In this document: piece after piece, positions 17,573 through 27,618 of the stretch
How positions within the stretch are numbered: the stretch's first letter is position 1
How the letters are laid out: each line of letters begins with the position of its first letter
From: Bacteroidota bacterium
Lineage (GTDB): Bacteria; Bacteroidota; Bacteroidia; AKYH767-A; 2013-40CM-41-45
Length of the DNA stretch: 44,550 nt
Assembly (NCBI GenBank): GCA_043742705.1
Contig: JAYTXY010000145.1
Coordinates: 1-44,550, forward strand
Direction: 5' to 3'
Program-made: the position numbers and the translations under genes
The notes under the pieces: model-generated
The model's input: the letters and a program-made list of their open reading frames with translations, nothing else
What the model was told of the DNA's origin: nothing
Database searches by the model: none

Positions 17573-17755
17573 ATAGTCGGGAGTTTGTTCGGTATTCAGA
17601 GAAGTTAATTAAACTTTTTGTCTATGAACACCGAACTAAAAACTCCAAACTTTATCACCCTTAAAGGTGAAACGGAATTTCGTTATCAAAATTACGGGAT
17701 AGAAATCCTGCTTGCGCCTACATGATCATGCAGTGATGGTCGATGAAGGAGTAGC

Positions 17756-18961
17756 TTATCTTTTTTGAGCAGGCTTACGAAAACTTTTTTTGTGTGGAAT
17801 CCTTGGTTGTTTTTTGGGATTCCAGACAGGTCCCTGACCTAACTCCGGTGGCAAAGCAATCTTCGGAACTTCCTTTTCAATCAGTGTTTCAATCTGTGCG
17901 AGACGATACTGATCCTTTTCATTGACAAGCGTTAGCGCAACACCCGTGGATTCAGCCCTTGCTGTACGTCCGATACGATGAACATAATCTTCTGCATCAC
18001 CCGGAACATCATAATTGATGACGAGACCAATTGTGTCAATGTCAATTCCACGGGAAAGAATATCTGTAGCTACTATAATTTTTGTGCGCTGACTTCTAAA
18101 TGCTAGCATTACTTCTTCACGCTCTTGCTGCGACAAATCACTGCTGATGGCTTTCGCCCCAAGTTTCGCTTTGTGCAATTCACTAACTAAAGACTTCACT
18201 CCGCTTTTGGTAGAAACAAAAATGATCGTGCTCGTCAATTCTTTTCCTGCAAGCAGTTTCACTAGCAGTGGTGTTTTCTGACTCTCATGAACAAGATAAG
18301 CTCCTTGCAAAATTCCTTCCGCCGGTTTGCTCAATGCAATGTTCACTTCAGCGGGGTTTTTCATAATGCGTTTCGCCAGTTCACGCATACGCGGAGGCAT
18401 AGTTGCACTGAAGAAAAGGTTTTGTCTCTCTTTGGGAAGAAAGCTGATGATACGCATGATGTCATCATAAAATCCCATGTCAAGCATTTTATCTGCTTCA
18501 TCCAATACGAGACAATCAAGCTGGTTGAACTTTACGTAACCCATGTTGAGATGACTCAGCAATCGTCCGGGTGTGGCGATGATAACAGAAGCTCCGTCTG
18601 TAAGTGATCTTTTTTCTTGCTCAAACACAACTCCGTCACTGCCGCCATACACAGCAATGGAACTTGCATGTGTGAAATACGCAAAACCTTGTAATGCCTG
18701 GTCAATCTGTTGAGCGAGCTCACGCGTTGGCGCCACAATCAATGCAGAAGTATGCGGAATTTTATTTCTTGAAATGCGATCAAGCAAAGGCAAAAGATAA
18801 GCAGCTGTTTTTCCCGTACCTGTTTGCGCACCGGCAATCACATCCCTGCCTTCAAGAATAGATGGAATCACCTGCTGTTGAATGGGAGTAGGTGACTCAA
18901 ACCCCATGGAATCGAGACCTTCCAAAAGAGGCTCGCAAAGATGAAAGTCGTGAAAGTTCAA
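17756..18961 (-). CDS. DEAD-box RNA helicase (RhlE-like)
   Basis: Q motif, AQTGTGKT, PTRELA, TPGR, DEAD, SAT and HRIGRTAR motifs; TTG start. Confidence 0.96.
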   Translation of the reverse strand: MNFHDFHLCEPLLEGLDSMGFESPTPIQQQVIPSILEGRDVIAGAQTGTGKTAAYLLPLLDRISRNKIPHTSALIVAPTRELAQQIDQALQGFAYFTHASSIAVYGGSDGVVFEQEKRSLTDGASVIIATPGRLLSHLNMGYVKFNQLDCLVLDEADKMLDMGFYDDIMRIISFLPKERQNLFFSATMPPRMRELAKRIMKNPAEVNIALSKPAEGILQGAYLVHESQKTPLLVKLLAGKELTSTIIFVSTKSGVKSLVSELHKAKLGAKAISSDLSQQEREEVMLAFRSQRTKIIVATDILSRGIDIDTIGLVINYDVPGDAEDYVHRIGRTARAESTGVALTLVNEKDQYRLAQIETLIEKEVPKIALPPELGQGPVWNPKKQPRIPHKKSFRKPAQKR

Positions 18962-19014
18962 AAGAAGAATTTATTTAAAGTTAACGCCAAAGTACAGATT
19001 AAAAACGGGCTTCC

Positions 19015-19425
19015 TTATAAAAGACTTGCTTCCATAGTAATGTTTGCATTCAGAACCTTTGATACAGGGCAGGTAGCTTTTGCTTCGGCAGCACATTCTT
19101 CAAATTTCTCTTTGGTGATACCCTGAACTTTTGCTTTTACCACAAGATGAGAATCAGAAATGGTACCGCTGTCAATTGTAACGGTCGAAGAAGTTTCAAT
19201 CGAGTCAGGAGTAAAACCGGCTGCGCCTAATACAAAACTGAGCTTCATGCTGAAACATCCTGCATGCGCTGCAGCGATTAATTCTTCAGGATTGGTTCCT
19301 GTTCCTTCAGCGAAGCGGGAGTTCCATGAATATTGCATTTTGCTCAAAGCATTACTTTGTGAACTAAGATGTCCGCTGCCTTCTTTTCCTGAGCCATTCC
19401 AAACCGCTGTTGATGTACGTTTCAT
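19015..19425 (-). CDS. osmC: OsmC family peroxiredoxin
   Basis: AVWNG.GKEGSG, GTNPEELIAAAHAGCF and CPVSK motifs. Confidence 0.96.
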   Translation of the reverse strand: MKRTSTAVWNGSGKEGSGHLSSQSNALSKMQYSWNSRFAEGTGTNPEELIAAAHAGCFSMKLSFVLGAAGFTPDSIETSSTVTIDSGTISDSHLVVKAKVQGITKEKFEECAAEAKATCPVSKVLNANITMEASLL

Positions 19426-19491
19426 AAATTTTTAAAGATTGAGATAAATTTGATTAGTAATTATTTCAGTAGAAAATTTTCTATTCGGTGA

Positions 19492-19499
19492 CAAAAGTA
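19492..19499 (-). promoter_or_regulatory. -7 promoter element for osmC
   Basis: TACTTTTG on the minus strand. Confidence 0.5.
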
Positions 19500-19682
19500 A
19501 GTAAAGTGATTGAATCATGTTTACCGTACATAAATATATGTTCATCCAATAGTTTTGATGACATCCGCTCGCTATTTCACTGTTGAAAAAAAATCCCTCA
19601 CACGAAAAATTCCTTTTGCTTCAATGAAAAGAATAGTCCAACTTTGATTCCAACTGCACATTAGCAGTCTTATTTCGTTTGC

Positions 19683-21545
19683 ATGAAAATTAAATATATC
19701 CTTGTTTTACCTCTCGTCATCCTTATGCTGTCTTGCAACACCGGGAAAAAGAATGGTTCCGGTGTTTCAGAAGCCAATCTGTCTCCGTGGATTAAGTTCA
19801 ATGATGCGAAAGAATTTCTTCCTTCCTGGTCAAAAGAAAATACGCTGATCTATCACATCATTTCAGAACCCAGCGATTTGCATCCGACTAATGGCAATTC
19901 TTCCCCGAGAAGTGAGATCAATCTTTACACCCAAATGTTTCTTATCAATACTGATTTTGAAAACCAGGGAATAGCCATAGGTCTTACAAAATCTCTTCCG
20001 GTTATCTCTTCAGACGGATTGCAATTTACCTATGAATTAAAGACAGAACCTCGTTGGGATGACGAAACTCCTTTAACAATGGATGACATCATTTTTACTG
20101 CGAAGGCGATCAAATGTCCGCTCACTAATAATCCGCATGCAAAACCATATTGGGAAAATCTGAAAGAGATAAAAATTGATGCGGTGAATCCGAGAAAGTT
20201 TACGCTCATTATGAAAAGACCGTACATACAGAATGTGGCTTTCCTAACGGATTATCCGGTGATGCAACGGACTTATTTTGATTCGAAGAATATTTTGTCC
20301 CACTATAGCTTTGAACAATTTGACAGCAAAGACTTCAAAGCGGATGAACAAAAAGATCTTGTTGCATGGAGCAACGATTTCAACAATGACAAGTACGGAC
20401 ACGATCCGAAATTTATTACGGGATTAGGTATGTATGCCGTTGAAAACTGGGAGCAAGGCCAATACATCACTCTTGTAAAAAAGAAAAATCACTGGACTGC
20501 TCATTCTACCGATTACCATGAGTTTGCTTTTCTTGAGAAAATAATTTTCAAACTGAACAAAGACGACAATTCTTCCATGCTGGAGTTCAAAGCACAGGCG
20601 ATGGATGCTTCTACCAACCTTTCTGCAAAGACGCTGATGTCGCTCAAAGAAAACGAAGAGTTTAACAGAAACTACAATTCCATTTTTTCGCTCTCATATA
20701 ATTACACATACATCGCTTTGAACGAAAAACCGGACGGTGTAAACCACAAGAATTTTTTCGATGATCAAAAGGTAAGAAAAGCAATGGCTTATCTAACACC
20801 TGTAGACAACATCATTAAGTTCGTTTATAAAAATTACAGCAGTCAATGCAAACGTGTGGTGACGAACGTTTCGCCACTCAAGAAAGAATTTGACCACGAT
20901 TTGCAACCTGTTCCGCTGGATATTGAAAAAGCGAAACAGTTGCTTGACGAAGCAGGATGGAAAGATTCAGACGGTGATGGAATTCGTGACAAGATGATAG
21001 CCGGAGAAAAAGTGCAATTGAGTTTCAGTCTTCATTTTCTCAATATACTTAGCGACTGGAAAGATATCGCCTCGATGATTGCAGAAGAGATGATGAAAGC
21101 AGGAGTGAAAGTAAATTTACTTTCACTTGATCTGAAAATTTTTGTGGAGAAAGCCCGCAACCACGATTTCGATATGATGATGGGATCCTGGGGAGGAAGT
21201 TCTTTCACGGAAGACTTCACACAACTCTGGCATACAGATTCGTGGATCAGCAAAGGATCCAATTACAGTGGTTTTGGAAATACTCAAAGCAACGCATTGA
21301 TTGATTCGATTAAAGCAACGATCAACGATTCTGTCCGAATAGATTTGTCTAAAAGATTACAGCGACTCATTTACAATGATCAGCCGTACGTATTTCTTTA
21401 TTCAAGTTTGAGAAGGAATATTATTCACAAGCGGTTTGGCAATGCAGAAGTATTTTCAGAACGCCCAGGAATTCTATTGAATACATTGAAATTACTTTCC
21501 GGAAATCCAGGAACTGCAATGAAAGACGGAGTTTCTCCAAATTGA
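19683..21545 (+). CDS. Peptide/nickel ABC transporter substrate-binding lipoprotein (family 5, OppA/DppA-like)
   Basis: Lipobox MLSC; D.KVRKAM, EKAKQLLDEAGWKDSDGDGIRDK and NYSGF.N motifs. Confidence 0.9.
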   Translation: MKIKYILVLPLVILMLSCNTGKKNGSGVSEANLSPWIKFNDAKEFLPSWSKENTLIYHIISEPSDLHPTNGNSSPRSEINLYTQMFLINTDFENQGIAIGLTKSLPVISSDGLQFTYELKTEPRWDDETPLTMDDIIFTAKAIKCPLTNNPHAKPYWENLKEIKIDAVNPRKFTLIMKRPYIQNVAFLTDYPVMQRTYFDSKNILSHYSFEQFDSKDFKADEQKDLVAWSNDFNNDKYGHDPKFITGLGMYAVENWEQGQYITLVKKKNHWTAHSTDYHEFAFLEKIIFKLNKDDNSSMLEFKAQAMDASTNLSAKTLMSLKENEEFNRNYNSIFSLSYNYTYIALNEKPDGVNHKNFFDDQKVRKAMAYLTPVDNIIKFVYKNYSSQCKRVVTNVSPLKKEFDHDLQPVPLDIEKAKQLLDEAGWKDSDGDGIRDKMIAGEKVQLSFSLHFLNILSDWKDIASMIAEEMMKAGVKVNLLSLDLKIFVEKARNHDFDMMMGSWGGSSFTEDFTQLWHTDSWISKGSNYSGFGNTQSNALIDSIKATINDSVRIDLSKRLQRLIYNDQPYVFLYSSLRRNIIHKRFGNAEVFSERPGILLNTLKLLSGNPGTAMKDGVSPN

Positions 21546-21582
21546 CAATTGGAGATTGAAAATTGAATATTGTTTATTGAAC
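21541..21582. repeat. Heptamer array ATTGnnn x6
   Basis: ATTGACA ATTGGAG ATTGAAA ATTGAAT ATTGTTT ATTGAAC; the first unit contains the oppA stop. Confidence 0.8.
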
Positions 21583-21639
21583 CAAAGAAATTGTCATGCT
21601 GAAAGCATCTTGTTTAATTATAGCAGGAAATAAAATTGC

Positions 21640-23106
21640 ATGAAGAGATACATCCTCAGAAGAATTCTGCTTTTCATTCCGACATTTATTGTCATCACAC
21701 TTTTTTCTTTTATGATTCTTGTGAATGCTCCCGGTGATCCTGTGGAGAGAATGATGACGGCTTCGCAGAGTTCGGGTGACATCAGCACGCAGTCAATCGC
21801 GCAGCAGGAACAACGCGCTTACTGGACACATCGTCTCGGACTTGATCTTCCGGTTTTTTATTTCGGCATTCATTCACTTGCTGAACCTGACACGCTTTTT
21901 AGAGTTTCGGATAAAAGCGAACGACAAGCTCTTTCACATTTAGTTTCCGAGTACGGAAACTGGAAAGAGATTCAGCAGTACTACGAGTCAGAGTTGATGC
22001 TTGAAAATAAATTGAATCAAATTGGTTCCGCAAAAGACACTTCAATTAACAATGAGTTTTTCAAAAGTGATTTGAATAAATTTCGGTTTGAAGTAGCAGC
22101 GCTAAAATCTTCTTCAAAAAAACAAAGCATTCAATCCGGTATTAACTCCGCAAAATCTTTTTTCGAAAAATATGTCCCCGAAGAAACAGAAGCTGCAAAA
22201 TCTTTAGAGAAAAATTTCGAACGGATTCTTCAGCATTCTTCAGCGTGGAAAAATTATGTTCCGGTTATCAGTTTCCATCCGGTGAATCAATATCATCGTT
22301 GGCTTTTTGGTGACGGACAAAGCCGCGGATTGCTTCGTGGAGATTTCGGAACATCGTATCTTAGTAAACAACCAGTATCAACTGTGATTGGAGGAAAAGT
22401 AGGATGGTCACTTTTCTTTACACTCATCTCTGTTTTCTTTGCTTATCTCATCAGCATTCCTGTTGCGATAAAAGCTGCATCAAAAAAGAATTCGCGTTTT
22501 GACAGGATTTCTTCACTGCTATTATTTATGCTTTATTCATTGCCGGCATTTTGGGTCGCCACATTATTACTGATGACATTCTGCAATACAGACGTACTGA
22601 ATATTTTTCCTGCCTCCGGAGTGAAACCGGTTACAGGTTATCCTTTGGATTCAAGCGTCTTTGAAAAAATAAAAATCTCTCTCCCCTATTTAATCCTTCC
22701 ATCCATCTGCTACACGTACAGTTCATTTGCATTTCTGTCGAGATCACTTCGTGTTTCAATGCTGGAAATATTGAGCCAGGATTTTATTCGCACAGCGCGG
22801 GCAAAAGGGCTCCCTGAACAAACAGTATTGTGGAAACATGCACTGAAAAATTCCTTGCTTCCTGTCATCACCGTCTTTGCAACAGTTTTTCCATATATGA
22901 TTGGCGGTTCGGTAATTCTAGAAAGTATTTTCACCATTCCGGGAATGGGTTCTCAACTATTCAGCAGCATTGATGCTCAGGATTACCCGATGCTGGTCGC
23001 TGTGTTTACGCTAACAGGAATTCTTACAATGATCGGGTATTTATTCAGTGACATTTTATACGCTGCCGTTGATCCGAGAATTTCATTTTCAAAAACGCTG
23101 AGCTGA
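21640..23106 (+). CDS. Peptide ABC transporter permease (OppB/DppB-like) with a large periplasmic insert
   Basis: YILRRILL..APGDP, GDFGTSY, DFIRTARAKGL EAA loop, ESIFTIPGMG and DPRI motifs. Confidence 0.92.
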   Translation: MKRYILRRILLFIPTFIVITLFSFMILVNAPGDPVERMMTASQSSGDISTQSIAQQEQRAYWTHRLGLDLPVFYFGIHSLAEPDTLFRVSDKSERQALSHLVSEYGNWKEIQQYYESELMLENKLNQIGSAKDTSINNEFFKSDLNKFRFEVAALKSSSKKQSIQSGINSAKSFFEKYVPEETEAAKSLEKNFERILQHSSAWKNYVPVISFHPVNQYHRWLFGDGQSRGLLRGDFGTSYLSKQPVSTVIGGKVGWSLFFTLISVFFAYLISIPVAIKAASKKNSRFDRISSLLLFMLYSLPAFWVATLLLMTFCNTDVLNIFPASGVKPVTGYPLDSSVFEKIKISLPYLILPSICYTYSSFAFLSRSLRVSMLEILSQDFIRTARAKGLPEQTVLWKHALKNSLLPVITVFATVFPYMIGGSVILESIFTIPGMGSQLFSSIDAQDYPMLVAVFTLTGILTMIGYLFSDILYAAVDPRISFSKTLS

Positions 23107-24377
23107 TGACGGACAGAAAAAACTTTCTTACGCATTCAGTATGGAGGCATGTCAGGAAAAACAAACCGGCATTATTTAGCTTATATGCACTCTCCTTTTT
23201 GCTGCTCGTGGCATTGCTTGCTCCTGTTATCGCCAACGACAAACCTTTGTTCGTTCAGTACAATGATAAAATGTTTTTTCCGGCATTTTCTTTTTCAAAT
23301 GTGATAGAAATTAAAAATCAGGAAACAGGAAAGAAAGAAAATGTGCAAGCGAACCAGGTGAATTGGAGACGAATGAAAACTGAGAAAATAATTTGGACAC
23401 TAATTTCATATTCTCCCGGAAAAAGTGATTCTGAAAATACGGAGTACACATCACCATCTTTGAAAACACACTGGCTTGGAACAACAAAGAACGGAGCTGA
23501 TGTATTGTCAGGATTAATTCATGGAACGCGCATTTCACTTAGTATCGGAATTCTTGCCATGATCATCGCCTCTGTTATTGGTATTACTCTTGGAGCTGCT
23601 GCCGGTTATTTCGGTGATCTGTACCTTGTTGCTTCACGCGGAAGTCTTTGGATGACTGTGGTTGGAATAATTCCCGCTTACTTCTATGGTTTTTATGTTA
23701 GAAGTAACACACTTTCTGAAATGATGATGAATCCAGGCATTGGAATCATCTTCGAACTTTTAATCAGCATTGCAATCTTCCTGATGCTGCTTTTTATCTT
23801 TTACAAAGCAGGAAAGCTATTGAACGTATTCTCATTCTTCTCGAAGAAAATTGTCGCACCTGTTGATTCACTTGTTTCTAGAACGATCGAAGTTTTTATT
23901 TCTATTCCGCGACTCGTTCTTATCATTTCAATTGCTGCAATTGCGCGACCGTCCTTTACCATGATCATTCTCATCATCGGCCTTACTTCATGGACTGAAA
24001 TTGCACGCTTTACCCGTGCAGAATTATTGCGCGCAAGAAATTCCGAGTACGTGGAGAATGCACGCGCAATGGGCTTATCAAATTTCAGAATTATTGTGAA
24101 ACATGCTTTGCCTAATGCGCTTGCTCCGGCAACGGTTGCCATCGTATTTGGAATTGCGTCTGCAATCCTTATTGAATCGGGACTTTCGTTTCTTGGTATT
24201 GGTGTTCCTCAGGATGTTGTTACCTGGGGCTCTTTGTTATTTGCAGGGAAAGAAAATTTTGAAGCGTGGTGGCTCGTCTTTTTTCCGGGACTGGCCATCT
24301 TTGTAACAGTAACTGCCTTTAATCTTTTAGGTGACGCATTGCGGGATGCAATGGATGTAAAAACCAGAATCAATTAA
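23106..24377 (+). CDS. Peptide ABC transporter permease (OppC/DppC-like)
   Basis: HWLGT..GADV, GTRISL, EYVENARAMG, ESGLSFLGIG and NLLGDALRDAMD motifs; TGATG coupling to the upstream permease. Confidence 0.92.
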   Translation: MTDRKNFLTHSVWRHVRKNKPALFSLYALSFLLLVALLAPVIANDKPLFVQYNDKMFFPAFSFSNVIEIKNQETGKKENVQANQVNWRRMKTEKIIWTLISYSPGKSDSENTEYTSPSLKTHWLGTTKNGADVLSGLIHGTRISLSIGILAMIIASVIGITLGAAAGYFGDLYLVASRGSLWMTVVGIIPAYFYGFYVRSNTLSEMMMNPGIGIIFELLISIAIFLMLLFIFYKAGKLLNVFSFFSKKIVAPVDSLVSRTIEVFISIPRLVLIISIAAIARPSFTMIILIIGLTSWTEIARFTRAELLRARNSEYVENARAMGLSNFRIIVKHALPNALAPATVAIVFGIASAILIESGLSFLGIGVPQDVVTWGSLLFAGKENFEAWWLVFFPGLAIFVTVTAFNLLGDALRDAMDVKTRIN

Positions 24378-25081
24378 CCAAGACTTAGCTTTTTCGGAGG
24401 AAGAAATTGTTCCCTGAGTTTCTTTACAAACGACATGAAATAGTTGCCTGTTTCCGGGGCCTGGGAAAGCGAGACTTTATCAAACTGAAAACGTTTCTCA
24501 AATCGCAATTCTCTTCTGTCAAAATGTTCGGCGCGACTTGCTTTGCGAGCCATCGCTTCGAAATCAGGTCCGGCTGAATGTAACAGCACAACCTCAGCCT
24601 GATTTAAACGGTGGTACTCTTTTGATTCACCAATCACTTTAAAACCGAAAACCCTTTTGAAAAACTCAGCCCTTCGGGGATGAACACCAATTACATAATC
24701 ATGATAGTTACTGAAACTTCCAAAATGACCAATGCTTGAAAGTAATTCCAACGTTTGAACACGACTCAGTGTTTCCCGTGAGGAAGCGAGTAAACCTATT
24801 TCTATTAGTTTTCTTTTTTCCTTTCTAAGGTGATCGAGCTCTTCTTTAAAGTAAGCATCCAAAGGCAACCCTTTTTTGCTGTCAAGTACAGCTGAAATGG
24901 TACACTCGCTCTTATCTTCCGACTTGCCAATGATGATGGCTGAATTGCGGGTAAGATATTCAGGGAACGTAAAAATTGAAAACGGATTTACATCAATTAG
25001 CATTGAATCAACATACTGGTGATACACCAATCTCCATGCTTCTATGACTTCTTCTAATGACGATGCGACTTTGAGGTTCAT
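24374..25081 (-). CDS. FeeM-like N-acyl amino acid synthase (GNAT/LuxI-related fold)
   Basis: A.RLVY..Y, T(I)S..LDS..GLPLD..F.EELD.LR...RKL.E...LA and I.VHPRR..FF.R.FGF pattern recognised by eye. Confidence 0.75.
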   Translation of the reverse strand: MNLKVASSLEEVIEAWRLVYHQYVDSMLIDVNPFSIFTFPEYLTRNSAIIIGKSEDKSECTISAVLDSKKGLPLDAYFKEELDHLRKEKRKLIEIGLLASSRETLSRVQTLELLSSIGHFGSFSNYHDYVIGVHPRRAEFFKRVFGFKVIGESKEYHRLNQAEVVLLHSAGPDFEAMARKASRAEHFDRRELRFEKRFQFDKVSLSQAPETGNYFMSFVKKLREQFLPPKKLSLG

Positions 25082-25282
25082 GACGTGTTTGTTTAGAATA
25101 CTAGTAGTGTAAAATCATGCCATAAACAAATCATCTACTATAGTGTAATTTTAAAGCCCTTAAAGGTACTGGGAAAAATGATCGAGGAAACATTTCCCCG
25201 CCCTATCGCAACAAACTTCATCTTTCAGCCAAAATCTTAAACAATAGATCCATTCATTAGGCTGCTTTGGCTTTAAGAAACA

Positions 25283-27364
25283 TCAAACAGGATATTCCAT
25301 TCTTACATGGTAGATGCTCATCAACATCTTTTTAAAAATCTTTTTGATGTCCGAAATATCCTTCAACGTAATCGGGCAATTGATGAATTGATTCTGCTCG
25401 ATCTGGTTGTTAATGATGTTTTCGACCAACTGATCAATAGTTTCTGCATCAGCGTGTTGCAGACTCCTTGACGAAGCTTCCACGGAATCCGCCATCATCA
25501 ATACAGCCGTTTCCTTTGAGAACGGCAATGGACCCGGATAACGAAAGACTTCTTCATCCAGGATTTCATTCGGGTAGTTTTTCAGAAACGTTCGATAGAA
25601 ATATTGAAGCCGCATATTTCCGTGATGTGTACGGATGAAGTCAATAATCTGTTCCGGAATTTTATGCTTCTTCGCCTTCTCAATGCCTTTTATGACATGG
25701 CTCTTGATGATGCGCACACTTTCTTCTATGGAAAGATGATCGTGAGGATTTGCCTGCGTATTCTGATTTTCAATAAAGTACATTGGCATATCAATCTTGC
25801 CGATGTCGTGATGTAACGCGCCTACCCTTACCAGGAGCGGGTTTCCTCCCACTTTAAAAATAGCCGCTTCAGCAAGGTTTGCAACCTGCAATGAATGCTG
25901 AAAAGTTCCGGGAGCTTTGAATGCAAGTTCACGCAACATCGGAGAATTTGAATCCGACAATTCCATCAGTGACACATCAGACAAAAATCCAAACGTCCGT
26001 TCAAAGACAAAGATGAGCGGAAACGCGAACAGCGTGATGATGCTGTTCCCCGCAAACCACTTGAGATTCATCCAGTCGATGGTTCTGAAATTCGCTTCGT
26101 GAATAATGGTAACACCAATGAAAGAAATTGCATACGACAAAAAAATCATCAGCACGGAAATGAAAAACTGTGAACGTTTGCTCATGCTCACAATGCTGAA
26201 GATTGCCACCATTCCTGCAACGGTTTGAATGAACATGAATTCAAATCCGCTTGGCGCTTCAAAACCGATAATGAGCAACGTAATAATATGCGTAAACAAT
26301 GCTGTGCGTGTATCATAAAACGCCCGAACAACAATGGGAAGAATGCAAACCGGAACGAGATACATGTCGAACACGTTGATCTTTCGTGCCCACAAAAACA
26401 TGTAAGTGACGAGCAGGATCAATAACATGAGCAGGATGATTCGTGAATTGTCGTTATAAATCTCCTTCCTGAATGAAGCAAGAAACAGGATGAGCATCAT
26501 CATTGCAAGCGATACTAAAATAAAGTGTCCGAGAAACAGCATGCCGCGGGAACTTCCGGTGAACTCCTGGTTTTTCATCTCCTCTTTCAGTGACTCAATT
26601 TTCTGAAACTTCTGATCGTCTACTACTTCTCCTTTCAGAATGACTGCTTCATCTTTTTGCACCATGCCATGCGTGATGGAGACGTTGTCAAGCACCTGGC
26701 GTGTCCATTTTTGCGTGGCAGCATCATCGTACATCACATTATGAGAAAGTGAATTTTCCAAAAGAGGAAACAGAAAATCGCGATCCGATTGCGGGTAGTT
26801 TGATAGCTGCGATGTGATGTAATCATACGCTCCTTGTATCGTATAGAAATCTGTAATTGGTCTTTCTTCAGATACATTGTTCACCAGTAAATTAATGACT
26901 TCGTCATTTTTCTGTGCAGAAGACTGGTCGTTTATCAGAATAACTCCTTTATCATAAATGTCAGTTAGTAAAACTTCTCCTGAAGTGATTAACTCCGATT
27001 TCTTTTTCGCTGATCCCGGTTTACTCTTATCCACTTTGGGATCTTTCAGCCAGGCATCTTCGAGATCATTTTTGAAAGACAAAATTTTCTGATCTGCCAC
27101 TTTCGAATCGTATCGGTAAAATGAATGAGCACTTTTCAACGCAAGCGCCTTCTCTTCATTTACTTCCGACTCCGTTTTGTTGATCGCGAAATCAAAAGGC
27201 GCAATCAGGTTTTCATAAGCCCAGGGTTTTCCGCGCTGGTAAGCATAGTTGAACTGCGTTTCTCTGGGAAGCGCAATCACAATCAACACCACCGTAGTAA
27301 ATACGAGTGTGTATTTCAAAATAACTTCATGACTGTTGCTCAGCCGCAGGAAGAATTTGTTCAT
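25283..27364 (-). CDS. 7TM-HD (HDIG) phosphohydrolase, PgpH-like
   Basis: Extracytoplasmic domain (GKPW..APFDF), multiple TM helices, APGTFQHS, HHDIGK, THHG and MMADSVEA motifs. Confidence 0.93.
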   Translation of the reverse strand: MNKFFLRLSNSHEVILKYTLVFTTVVLIVIALPRETQFNYAYQRGKPWAYENLIAPFDFAINKTESEVNEEKALALKSAHSFYRYDSKVADQKILSFKNDLEDAWLKDPKVDKSKPGSAKKKSELITSGEVLLTDIYDKGVILINDQSSAQKNDEVINLLVNNVSEERPITDFYTIQGAYDYITSQLSNYPQSDRDFLFPLLENSLSHNVMYDDAATQKWTRQVLDNVSITHGMVQKDEAVILKGEVVDDQKFQKIESLKEEMKNQEFTGSSRGMLFLGHFILVSLAMMMLILFLASFRKEIYNDNSRIILLMLLILLVTYMFLWARKINVFDMYLVPVCILPIVVRAFYDTRTALFTHIITLLIIGFEAPSGFEFMFIQTVAGMVAIFSIVSMSKRSQFFISVLMIFLSYAISFIGVTIIHEANFRTIDWMNLKWFAGNSIITLFAFPLIFVFERTFGFLSDVSLMELSDSNSPMLRELAFKAPGTFQHSLQVANLAEAAIFKVGGNPLLVRVGALHHDIGKIDMPMYFIENQNTQANPHDHLSIEESVRIIKSHVIKGIEKAKKHKIPEQIIDFIRTHHGNMRLQYFYRTFLKNYPNEILDEEVFRYPGPLPFSKETAVLMMADSVEASSRSLQHADAETIDQLVENIINNQIEQNQFINCPITLKDISDIKKIFKKMLMSIYHVRMEYPV

Positions 27365-27442
27365 AGCGTTAAAATGTAAATATCAATATTTGGATATGAT
27401 CGTTCTTGTCCCCCAAAAAAAAATATGAACAGGCGGAGTGGA

Positions 27443-27514
27443 ATTGGTTCATTGGTTTATTAGTTTACCAGTTAATTGGTTAATTAGTTCATTGGTTCAA
27501 TAGTTCATTAGTTC
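27443..27514. repeat. Octamer array ATTRGTTH x9 (degenerate)
   Basis: Nine consecutive 8-nt units; same family as 6282-6313. Confidence 0.85.
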
Positions 27515-27618
27515 ATTTGGTGATGGTCGTTTCGATACTAGTCGGAAATGATTAATTTCGCAAACTTGTTTTCAAGAGTCATTATCAATATTCAATAAAA
27601 AATATTCAATCTTCAATC

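Noticed and set aside
17650-17755. Possible riboswitch or ncRNA between yitT and the DEAD-box helicase
   Set aside because: It lies downstream of both genes and I could not match it to any RNA family by eye; an Rfam scan is needed.
25283-27364. 7TM-HD protein plus NrnA as a novel cyclic dinucleotide system
   Set aside because: Both are common Bacteroidota genes, lie about 16 kb apart, and no cyclase or effector is nearby.
27443-27514. Long repeat array considered as a CRISPR array
   Set aside because: Units are 8 nt and contiguous with no unique spacers, and no cas genes are present; the same applies to all other arrays here.
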